From an uncultured Methanosarcinales archaeon (lineage in GTDB: Archaea > Nanobdellota > Nanobdellia > Woesearchaeales > GW2011-AR15): a stretch of DNA of 64,000 nt. The first letter of the stretch is position 1; every line of letters begins with the position of its first letter. Both the position numbers and the translations under genes were made by a program. The DNA is taken from positions 5,249 to 69,248 of the forward strand of contig CAZEKF010000003.1 of NCBI GenBank assembly GCA_964512765.1, written 5' to 3'. Shown here in pieces: positions 19,834-28,223 of this stretch. The notes under the pieces were generated by a model. That model searched no databases and had not been told where the DNA came from. It saw only the letters and a program-made list of their open reading frames with translations.

Positions 19834-20680
19834 ACTAATTCCAACACTGGAAACTAATTGTAAAAATGTTTTGTTTATTGATAAAAAAGTAGAAAAAACT
19901 ATGTTGAAACTAAGTGACTGTGCAAGTTTATTCAAGTCACTGTCTAATCATAAAGATCAGTTTAACATTATCATTGGCGGTGGCGAACCTTTATTGCACC
20001 CAGAAATTATGGACATGGTTAAATTATGCAAAAAGAATGGCTTAAATTGTTCTTTAGAAACAAATGGGTTATTACTTAAAAAAAATATTATTGATCAGTT
20101 AATTAAACACGGTTTGGATACTCTCATCCTCCCGCTTGAATCTGTTAACCCAAGAACGCATAATTTTATCTGGAACAACCAAGATCTGTTTGAAATTATC
20201 TGGGAAGCTATAGATCATTTATCATACAAGTATGAAAACAGTGCAAAACTAATTTTTAAATGTACAATAATGAAACAGAACTTGCGTGAAATATTACCTA
20301 CTATGGGCTGGGTCATTAACTTTAATTATGCAAAAATAAAATTTTTGCCTATCTCACCAGATTCTAGCAAAGACAAGGAATGGCACACTAAAAAACCTTA
20401 CATCAGCGCCTGGCCAAAAAACAAAGAGATATTTGAAAAAACAATGGATTATTTAAATAAAACAAAACTAAATTATCCGGGTATATTAATTAATGAATTA
20501 GATGATTTTTATAGTTTCAAAAAATATTATTTTGACCATAAAAACTGGGTAATGACACCGGGTTCTTTTGAAGATGATACAATGTATGTTAATCCAGACA
20601 GTTCTGTACTATTTCAAAACAAAACTATCGGAAACATTAGTAAGGAATCATTAATAAAAATATTACAAAAAATAAAATAG
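19814..20680 (+). CDS. pseudo-radical-SAM paralog (family fold retained, all Fe-S Cys motifs absent)
   Basis: Intact 288-aa ORF with IIGGGEPLLHPE, ETNG, LPLESVNPRTHNF and EWHTKKPYISAWP. It has no CX3CX2C, no Cx12Gx4C and no C-terminal Cx3Cx5C. Confidence 0.8.
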   Translation: MKKKKVKLIPTLETNCKNVLFIDKKVEKTMLKLSDCASLFKSLSNHKDQFNIIIGGGEPLLHPEIMDMVKLCKKNGLNCSLETNGLLLKKNIIDQLIKHGLDTLILPLESVNPRTHNFIWNNQDLFEIIWEAIDHLSYKYENSAKLIFKCTIMKQNLREILPTMGWVINFNYAKIKFLPISPDSSKDKEWHTKKPYISAWPKNKEIFEKTMDYLNKTKLNYPGILINELDDFYSFKKYYFDHKNWVMTPGSFEDDTMYVNPDSSVLFQNKTIGNISKESLIKILQKIK

Positions 20681-20690
20681 TTTCATAGTT

Positions 20691-21785
20691 ATGAATTTTA
20701 CAATTAAAAAACGTTTGATAACAGAATTTGCAAAAAGAGCATATGATAGCCAAGTATACAGTCTTGATTATTTGAATGTTAATATCATTGAAGGTTGTAT
20801 TTCAAAGTGTATTATGTGTGATTTATGGAAAAATAAAGTAAAAAAACTCAGCTTTGCTGATTTTTCAAAAGCGCTCGACATTATTTCATCTCATCTTTCT
20901 TTATCAAAAGATATTATGATTAGCATTGGCGGCCACGGAGAACCAATGATGAACTCTGATATTTTTGAAATTATTAAATTATGCAAAAATAAAGGATTCT
21001 CTACTAGCTTGGTAACAAATTCATTGTTAATAACAAAAAATAGTGCGTATAGCTTGATATCAAGTGGGTTGGCACATATAAATTTCTCATTTGAAAGTAT
21101 AGACACTAAGATTAATGATCTGATTAGAAATGCCAAAGGCCATCATAAAAAAGTTTTGAAATCAATCGAACTTTTGCATAAGTTAAAGCAAAAACATAAT
21201 AAAAAATGTGATCTTGGTTTTCTAACAACTGTTTGTGCAAAAAATATCTGTTCAATTCCAGATTTAGTTAGGTATGTGAACAACAATCCAATGATATCTT
21301 CTATAAGGTTCCAAGCAATTACCCAACCTTTTGGCGCGTCGCCTGTTAAAAACTGGCACACCAACCAAAAATATGCGTTCCTATGGCCTAAAAAATCTGA
21401 TGTGGAAAAAGTGTACAATTTTTTAATTAAAATAAAAAATAGTTCAAAAATTGAAAATTCGTTAAGGTCATTAAAAACTCAGAAAACGTACTTTTTAAAT
21501 CCTGGTAAATATAACAAACATATATCCAAAACTTGTAATGTTTACCAAGGTGCTATAATGAATGTTAATGGTGATATAACAGTATGTCCTATGGGCGAAA
21601 ATATTTTTACTCCTATTGGAAAAAATGTGATTATTAATATTAATAATGAAAAACCAAACGTATACTTGATTAGGAAGAGATTGCTTAAAATTCAAAATCT
21701 TGTTAAAAAATGCAGCATGAACAATTGTCATATAATGTTAAACTGTAATTATACAGGCAAAGAACAATTTTATGATAAGATTTAA
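20691..21785 (+). CDS. radical SAM / partial-SPASM paralog, subgroup C
   Basis: Motifs IEGCISKCIMCDLW, GGHGEPMMN, VTNSLL, QAITQPFG...FLWP and CSMNNCHIMLNC. Confidence 0.88.
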   Translation: MNFTIKKRLITEFAKRAYDSQVYSLDYLNVNIIEGCISKCIMCDLWKNKVKKLSFADFSKALDIISSHLSLSKDIMISIGGHGEPMMNSDIFEIIKLCKNKGFSTSLVTNSLLITKNSAYSLISSGLAHINFSFESIDTKINDLIRNAKGHHKKVLKSIELLHKLKQKHNKKCDLGFLTTVCAKNICSIPDLVRYVNNNPMISSIRFQAITQPFGASPVKNWHTNQKYAFLWPKKSDVEKVYNFLIKIKNSSKIENSLRSLKTQKTYFLNPGKYNKHISKTCNVYQGAIMNVNGDITVCPMGENIFTPIGKNVIININNEKPNVYLIRKRLLKIQNLVKKCSMNNCHIMLNCNYTGKEQFYDKI

Positions 21786-21799
21786 CCGAGGATGGACAT

Positions 21800-22861
21800 A
21801 TGACAGTTCTTAAAACAAAAAAAGTTGTAAGGTTAGAAAATAAGTTAACAAAAAACCTTCAATCTAATACATTATTGTATAATAAAGAAGTTAAAAAAGT
21901 CACGCTTCTTTTTGGTTCGCGATGTGTTTTCAAATGTAAGCATTGTTTTAATTGGCGGTTTAAAAATAATTTTGACAGGATATCACTTGAAGAATGGATA
22001 TCTTTACTTGAAAATATTAAGAAGCTAAACAAAGGTAAGGTAAAAATCGATATTGGTGCTAGTGGTATGGCATTGTTAAGCGAATATTTAATACCTGTTG
22101 TAATGAAATGCAATCAACTTGGGTATAAAATTTTATTGAACACTAACGGTTATCTTTTTAATGAAAGAATTGTAAAAAAGCTTGTTAAATCTGGTTTAAA
22201 CAAATTTTCAATATCAATAGATTTTTTTTCTCCGAAAAAACATGATGATCAAAAAGGCATGGTGAACAGTCATAAACACGCACTTAATTTAATCAGATAC
22301 GTAAAAAAACACAGCGGTTCTAACAGGATCAGTATAAGTACGATTATTATGAAACCAAACCTTAACGAATTAGTTCCCTTGATAAAATGGACAAATTCAA
22401 TGAACATCCCAATTTTTTTTCAAGCAATTACGCAACCTTACAATACACCAGATCAAAAGTATTGGTATAAAGATAATAAGTATAAAAACCTGTGGCCAGG
22501 TGATAGCAAGAAAATGTCAACCATTCTTGATAAAATCATTGAACTCAGAAAAAAAGGTTATAACGTTGGGAATGATGTTAACCATTTACATGCTTTAAAA
22601 AAATATTTTTTATATCCTCAAAAAAGAATAATGCCAACTTGTAACATAAACAATGTTGGGTTATTGATTGACTCTTCAGGTTGCGTGAAAGCATGTCCAT
22701 ACATGGAAAATATTGATAATCTGCGCAATGTTCCAATAACTTCACTGGTTGAGTCTCAAAAATATATAAAAACTATAAATAAAATGTGTGACTGTCCAAC
22801 AAATTGTGCGCAAATGATAAACTGTAGTTATAAAGATTATCCTGTTTCATTAATAGAGTAA
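21800..22861 (+). CDS. radical SAM / partial-SPASM paralog, subgroup B
   Basis: GAGGA about 12 nt upstream of the ATG. Motifs GSRCVFKCKHCFNW, IIMKPNLNE, QAITQPYN...NLWP and CPTNCAQMINC. Confidence 0.88.
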   Translation: MTVLKTKKVVRLENKLTKNLQSNTLLYNKEVKKVTLLFGSRCVFKCKHCFNWRFKNNFDRISLEEWISLLENIKKLNKGKVKIDIGASGMALLSEYLIPVVMKCNQLGYKILLNTNGYLFNERIVKKLVKSGLNKFSISIDFFSPKKHDDQKGMVNSHKHALNLIRYVKKHSGSNRISISTIIMKPNLNELVPLIKWTNSMNIPIFFQAITQPYNTPDQKYWYKDNKYKNLWPGDSKKMSTILDKIIELRKKGYNVGNDVNHLHALKKYFLYPQKRIMPTCNINNVGLLIDSSGCVKACPYMENIDNLRNVPITSLVESQKYIKTINKMCDCPTNCAQMINCSYKDYPVSLIE

Positions 22862-22866
22862 TAAAA

Positions 22867-23886
22867 ATGCTAAGAAAATTATTAAAACATAAAAGAAAAG
22901 TAAAACCTTTAGTTCCTGCACCTCAATCTGTTGTTATTGGTTTGAATAACGCCTGTAACTTCAAATGCAAAATGTGCCATATTTGGAAAAATAAAAATGT
23001 TATTGAGATTCCTTTAAAAAAAATTATTAATATCATTGACCAAGTAAGTTTGTTTAATAATAAAGATTTAGTGTTACAGTTTCATGGTGGAGAAACTTTA
23101 CTTTATAAAGATTTAACAAAAGCAATTTCTTATGCATCAAAAAAAAATATTAAAACTGCTATTGTAACAAACGGATTTTTTCTTGACCAAAAAAAGATTA
23201 TTGAGTTAAATCAAGCAGGATTACACAGTTTGAACATTTCACTGGATTCAATTGAAAAAGATGTTCATAATGAGTTGAGAGGAATAAAGAATAGTTATCA
23301 AAAAATTATGCAAGCCATTGAATTCCTCGGTGAATATAATCACAACATGATTGTTGGAATAAACACAATTATTCATTCTTTAAACATTACAAAACTAGTT
23401 GAGATTAGTAGATTTGTAAAAGATAACCAGAATGTTTCAAACCTTTATTTCATATCACTGGAAAAACCTTATGAATCTGATTATGACAATTCGTGGTATG
23501 ATAGCAGTCCTGCATCTTATTTATGGCCTACAAATAAAGATGTAATCAATCAAGCGTTTGATGCATTGAAAATTGAGAAATTCACTAATAAAAAAATTAC
23601 TAACAAAAGCACTCAACTTGAAAAGTATAAAGAATATTATCTGAACCCAGATAATTTCATTAAAAAGTACGGGTGCAAATTTGGTCAGATTCAGATTCAC
23701 ATTAATTATTCCAATGAAGTACGATTATGTACTATCAGGCCTGAACTGGAACCAATTGGAACAATAGATGATAACCTTATCACTATCTGGAACTCTGAAA
23801 AAGCAAAACTGATCAGGCGTCAAATGACAAACTGTAAAAAAAACTGTATATTAATCTTAAGTTGTGGGTTTGAAGATGAGGAATAA
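22867..23886 (+). CDS. radical SAM / partial-SPASM paralog, subgroup A
   Basis: Motifs NNACNFKCKMCHIW, HGGETLLYKDL, LEKPYESDYDNSW...YLWP and CKKNCILILSC. Confidence 0.88.
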   Translation: MLRKLLKHKRKVKPLVPAPQSVVIGLNNACNFKCKMCHIWKNKNVIEIPLKKIINIIDQVSLFNNKDLVLQFHGGETLLYKDLTKAISYASKKNIKTAIVTNGFFLDQKKIIELNQAGLHSLNISLDSIEKDVHNELRGIKNSYQKIMQAIEFLGEYNHNMIVGINTIIHSLNITKLVEISRFVKDNQNVSNLYFISLEKPYESDYDNSWYDSSPASYLWPTNKDVINQAFDALKIEKFTNKKITNKSTQLEKYKEYYLNPDNFIKKYGCKFGQIQIHINYSNEVRLCTIRPELEPIGTIDDNLITIWNSEKAKLIRRQMTNCKKNCILILSCGFEDEE

Positions 23887-23947
23887 ATTATCAACTGAAG
23901 ATTTAAAAACAAATACCTTATCTGTTAAAAGAAGATAAAATACAAAA

Positions 23948-25051
23948 ATGAATCAAACAAAACAGTTCAAAAATAAAATAAAACCTGAGTTTGCATGTAT
24001 TGGGATAACAGATTATTGTTTTTTCAAGTGTAAAATGTGCAATAAATGGCAGGAAGATATAAAAGTTATAAAAGGCACGCCTCGTCCAACATTTGAACAA
24101 TATAAACTGTTCATAGAAGATCTTGCATATTTAGTAAGAGACGATCTAAAAGGACCAGTTGACAACAGGTTCACGTTAAACTTTGCCGGTGGTGAAGCAT
24201 TGACACATTCAATGACTCTTCCTCTTGTTGAATATGCTGCTAAATTAGGGTTTAAAACACTTATTGCTACAAACGGAAGTATGCTCACTGAACATATGAT
24301 AAAAAGACTTAACCAAGCTAAACTTACCTCTCTAAGCATATCATTAGACAGTTTAGATCCAGAAATACATGATTCATTACGAGGTTACAAAGGCGCGACA
24401 AAATTTATCATGGCTGCTCTTGAACATTTAAAAAAGTATGAATATCCAAAAGTTGGAATTTGTACAGTAATAAACAAAAAAACATACAAAGGAATTCCTG
24501 AACTTGTTAACTGGGCGAGAAAACATGAAACTGTAAAATGGCTTTATTTCATGGCAGTCATGCAGCCTAACAACACAGTTTTTGAACCAGGATGGTATAA
24601 AACTGATCAGTTTAAGTTTTTATGGGAAAACAAGTCAGAGAAAGTTATTGAAATTATTGATTATCTTATCAAAGAAAAGATTGTTGAAGATGAAGCTGTA
24701 AAAAATAATAACCTCAAACAACCTTTGTTAACAAACAACTTCTCTCAGTTAAAAGCTTTCCGGGATTATTTCGCTAATCCTGAAACGTTTGTAAAAAGCA
24801 ACTCGTGTTGTAACATGGACCTGGCAATACAAACAACTGAAGTAGGCGATATTTTCATGTGTTTTCATAAAAAAAGGATAGGTAACATACGGGAAAATAG
24901 ATTAAAAGATGTTTGGAATACTGATGGATCTGATGTGACAAGAGAAGATATTAAATCATGCACAACAAACTGTCACACTCTTTTAAACTGTTACTATGAA
25001 AATGAATATCCTTTTGAAATTATCAAAACCATAAAATCCAGTTTAAAATAA
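23948..25051 (+). CDS. radical SAM / partial-SPASM paralog, subgroup D
   Basis: Motifs TDYCFFKCKMCNKW, AGGEALTH, ATNG, MAVMQPNN...FLW and CTTNCHTLLNC. Confidence 0.88.
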   Translation: MNQTKQFKNKIKPEFACIGITDYCFFKCKMCNKWQEDIKVIKGTPRPTFEQYKLFIEDLAYLVRDDLKGPVDNRFTLNFAGGEALTHSMTLPLVEYAAKLGFKTLIATNGSMLTEHMIKRLNQAKLTSLSISLDSLDPEIHDSLRGYKGATKFIMAALEHLKKYEYPKVGICTVINKKTYKGIPELVNWARKHETVKWLYFMAVMQPNNTVFEPGWYKTDQFKFLWENKSEKVIEIIDYLIKEKIVEDEAVKNNNLKQPLLTNNFSQLKAFRDYFANPETFVKSNSCCNMDLAIQTTEVGDIFMCFHKKRIGNIRENRLKDVWNTDGSDVTREDIKSCTTNCHTLLNCYYENEYPFEIIKTIKSSLK

Positions 25052-25056
25052 AAAAA

Positions 25057-26049
25057 ATGCAAGTATTAAAACCTGTTTATTCAGATATTGGTATCATTGA
25101 ATCGTGTAATTTTAAATGCATTATGTGTAAAATGCACGAAATACCTTTTCCAAAAAAAGATGCAATGATTCCAATACAAAGATGGAAACTTTTTTTTCAA
25201 CATATGAAAGAAATAGCGGGTGAAGGGTTTGTGTTTAATATGCCAGGAGGCGAACCTTTGTTACATCCAGACGTGTTTGATATCATAAAAATCGCGTCAA
25301 CTAATGGTCTGAAACCATTGTTATCAACAAACGCGTTTTTAATTAACAAACAAATAGCTGATAAACTCATAAAAAACGGTTTATTTGGAGTTACAATTTC
25401 TTTAGACAGTTCAATTCCAGATGTACATGATCAAATAAGAGGAGTGAGAGAAAGTTTTGATAAAGTTGAACAAGCAATAAGATACCTTGATTTTCACAGT
25501 AAAATCTACAACGCAAAGGTTAGTATTGGCATCCAGTCAGTTATACAAATGTCTAACCTGGATAATATTCCTGATTTGGTTCAGTATGTTGAAAACAATC
25601 CTTTGATTGAAAGAATTAATTTAAACTTATTAATGAGACCTAACAATTCTAAGGAGGATAAGGAATGGTACAAGAACGAGTTCAAGGAATTGTGGCCTGA
25701 TGATTCTGATAAAGTTGATCAGATAATAGATGAATTAGTTGAATTAAAAGCTAAAAATAAAGTTCAAAAATTGTTGAACACAATAACACAGCTTAAATCA
25801 TACAAAGAATATTTCCGTGATCCAAAAAAAACACCAAAATTGTTAAGTTGCAATTATGACAAAGCCATCTGTACAAATAGTTCAGGCGACATTCATCTGT
25901 GCTTTCATTATGATAAGATAGGTAATATCAATACAGACAGGTTAATTGATGTCTGGAATTCAAAACAAGCAAAAACTGTTCGTGAAAAAATTAAGAATTG
26001 TCACGTAACAGACTGTTGGTTCAGATTAAATTGTTTATACAGTGATTAA
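25057..26049 (+). CDS. radical SAM / partial-SPASM paralog, subgroup D
   Basis: Motifs IESCNFKCIMCKMH, PGGEPLLHPD, STNA, LLMRPNN...ELWP and CHVTDCWFRLNC. Confidence 0.88.
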   Translation: MQVLKPVYSDIGIIESCNFKCIMCKMHEIPFPKKDAMIPIQRWKLFFQHMKEIAGEGFVFNMPGGEPLLHPDVFDIIKIASTNGLKPLLSTNAFLINKQIADKLIKNGLFGVTISLDSSIPDVHDQIRGVRESFDKVEQAIRYLDFHSKIYNAKVSIGIQSVIQMSNLDNIPDLVQYVENNPLIERINLNLLMRPNNSKEDKEWYKNEFKELWPDDSDKVDQIIDELVELKAKNKVQKLLNTITQLKSYKEYFRDPKKTPKLLSCNYDKAICTNSSGDIHLCFHYDKIGNINTDRLIDVWNSKQAKTVREKIKNCHVTDCWFRLNCLYSD

Positions 26050-27118
26050 TAAAATGTTACAATATTTACAAACAGAGGTTAATAAGTTCTTAGCAAACAT
26101 TAGAATGACAAATCAAGCTTCCGGTGTGAAAAAAGAAATTATCTTTCCCGTAAGTAACAAACCAAAACAAATTTCATTATTATTTTCGCATCGTTGTTTG
26201 TTCAAGTGCAAACAATGTTTTCTGTGGAAAAGAGAAAATAATTATGAACCGTTAAAGTTAGACACGTGGAGTACATTATTAAAAGATCTCAAAAAAATAT
26301 ATGGTTCTAACTTAAATATTCAAATTGGTGGAGACGGTATGGCAGAGATAAATGAAAAACTTATCACAATAATAAAAACCTGTTCTGAACTTGGACTTCA
26401 TACTGTATTCACTACCAATGCTTATTTAGTTAATAGAAGAATCCTAAAACGAATAGTTGATGAAGCTGGTTTGAAAAATCTGTTATTTTCACTTGATTAT
26501 ATGGTAGCTGAAAAACATGATAATCAAAGAGGAATAAAATATAGTTATAAGCATGTGCTTGATTTACTAGAACATGTTGAAAAATATGAAAATCTAGAAA
26601 TTGTTTTAAGTTGCATTATAATGAAACCTAATCTTGATGAAATATTAGATATTGTTAAATTTGTTGATCAGTTAAAACAAGTGGATAGGGTCTTTTTTCA
26701 GGTAATTTCTCAACCTATGGGCTTAAACTTTGACTATAATTGGTATAAAGATAAAAAATTCTGTTTTCTCTGGCCTGATAAAGATAAAGCTGCCCGGATC
26801 ATTGATGAACTTATTACGTTGAAGAAAAATGGTTCAAAGATAGCTAATTCACTCAATCATTTAAGATATTTTAAATATTATTTTTTGAATCCTAACAAAT
26901 ATATAAAAGACAACAGATGCAATGCTGAAGACCTTGGCATGGAAATTGGCATTGATGGCAATGTCAGTATATGTAACAAAATGAGAAATCTGGGTTCTTT
27001 AAAAAAACATTCAATTTCAGAGTTATTAGCCATGAACTATAAAAGTATTGCTGGAGAGATATCAAACTGTTCTCTAAACTGTCATCAGGTTATGAATTGC
27101 AGGTTTTCAGAAGAGTGA
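26042..27118 (+). CDS. radical SAM / partial-SPASM paralog, subgroup B (tandem duplicate copy 1)
   Basis: Motifs SHRCLFKCKQCFLW, IGGDGMAE, IIMKPNLDE and CSLNCHQVMNC. The track start is a GTG. The in-frame ATG at 26054 (MLQYLQ...) is more likely. Confidence 0.88.
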   Translation: MINKMLQYLQTEVNKFLANIRMTNQASGVKKEIIFPVSNKPKQISLLFSHRCLFKCKQCFLWKRENNYEPLKLDTWSTLLKDLKKIYGSNLNIQIGGDGMAEINEKLITIIKTCSELGLHTVFTTNAYLVNRRILKRIVDEAGLKNLLFSLDYMVAEKHDNQRGIKYSYKHVLDLLEHVEKYENLEIVLSCIIMKPNLDEILDIVKFVDQLKQVDRVFFQVISQPMGLNFDYNWYKDKKFCFLWPDKDKAARIIDELITLKKNGSKIANSLNHLRYFKYYFLNPNKYIKDNRCNAEDLGMEIGIDGNVSICNKMRNLGSLKKHSISELLAMNYKSIAGEISNCSLNCHQVMNCRFSEE

Positions 27119-28191
27119 TTAATAAAATGTTACAATATTTACAAATAGAGGTTAGTAAGTTTTTAGCAAATATTGGAGTAACAAAACCTGCTTCATTTAT
27201 TAAAAAAGAAATTATCAATCCAGTAAGCGAAAAACAAAAGCAAATTTCATTATTATTTTCGCATCGTTGTTTGTTCAAGTGCAAACAATGTTTTCTGTGG
27301 AAAAGAGAAAATAATTATGAACCGTTAAAGTTAGACACGTGGATTACATTATTAAAAGATCTTAAAAAAGTGTATGGTCATAACCTAAAAATTGAAATTG
27401 GTGGAGATGGTATGGGTGAGGTAAATGAAGGTCTTCTCACAATAATAAAAACCTGTTCTGACCTAGGATTTAATACAACGTTCACAACAAATGCTTATTT
27501 AATAAACAGGAGGATCCTAAAACGAATAATTGATGAAACAGGTTTGAAATGTCTAGTGTTCTCTCTTGACTACACGACTCCTGAAAAACATGATAATCAA
27601 AGAGGCATGAACAATAGTTATAAGCATGTGCTTGATTTACTTGAACATGTTAAAGCGTTTGAAGTACAAGAAGTTGTATTAAGTTGTATTATCATGAAAC
27701 CTAATCTTAGCGAACTAATACAAATTACAAAGTTTGTTGATCAATCAAAACAAATAACACAAGTACAGTTCCAGGCTATTGCTGAACCTCTTGGGCTTGC
27801 ATTTTCTGAACCTTGGTTCCAAGATAAAAACTACAGTTATTTATGGCCTGGCACATCAAAAGTTACAAAAGTTATTGATAATTTAATTGAAATGAAAAAA
27901 AAAGGATCAAAAATTGCTAATTCTATTAGTCAGTTAAATTATTTTAAACATTATTTTAAACATCCTTTAAAATACGCAAAAAAAAATAGTTGTAATGCTG
28001 AAAATCTTGGCATGGAAATTGATGTTGATGGTCAAGTGAGTATTTGTAACAGAATGAAAAAGTTGGGTTCATTAAAACAACATTCAATCTCTGAGTTGTT
28101 GGCAATAAATTATAAAATATTAGCTAAAGAAATATCAAACTGTTCTCTGAACTGTCACCTCATCATGAACTGCAGGTTTTCAGAAGAATAA
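27097..28191 (+). CDS. radical SAM / partial-SPASM paralog, subgroup B (tandem duplicate copy 2)
   Basis: Motifs SHRCLFKCKQCFLW, IGGDGMGE, IIMKPNLSE and CSLNCHLIMNC. By homology with copy 1 the real start is probably the ATG at 27127 (MLQYLQ...). Confidence 0.88.
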   Translation: MQVFRRVINKMLQYLQIEVSKFLANIGVTKPASFIKKEIINPVSEKQKQISLLFSHRCLFKCKQCFLWKRENNYEPLKLDTWITLLKDLKKVYGHNLKIEIGGDGMGEVNEGLLTIIKTCSDLGFNTTFTTNAYLINRRILKRIIDETGLKCLVFSLDYTTPEKHDNQRGMNNSYKHVLDLLEHVKAFEVQEVVLSCIIMKPNLSELIQITKFVDQSKQITQVQFQAIAEPLGLAFSEPWFQDKNYSYLWPGTSKVTKVIDNLIEMKKKGSKIANSISQLNYFKHYFKHPLKYAKKNSCNAENLGMEIDVDGQVSICNRMKKLGSLKQHSISELLAINYKILAKEISNCSLNCHLIMNCRFSEE

Positions 28192-28223
28192 TTATATAAA
28201 ACAATAAATAATGTACAAAAACA

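Larger units (their letters stand above)
26042..28191 (+). repeat. tandem duplication of a whole rSAM gene, period 1073 nt
   Basis: The junction string GTGATTAATAAAATGTTACAATATTTACAAA occurs at 26042 and at 27115. A 103-nt perfectly identical tract lies at 26168-26270 and 27241-27343, while the rest of the unit has diverged. Confidence 0.9.
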
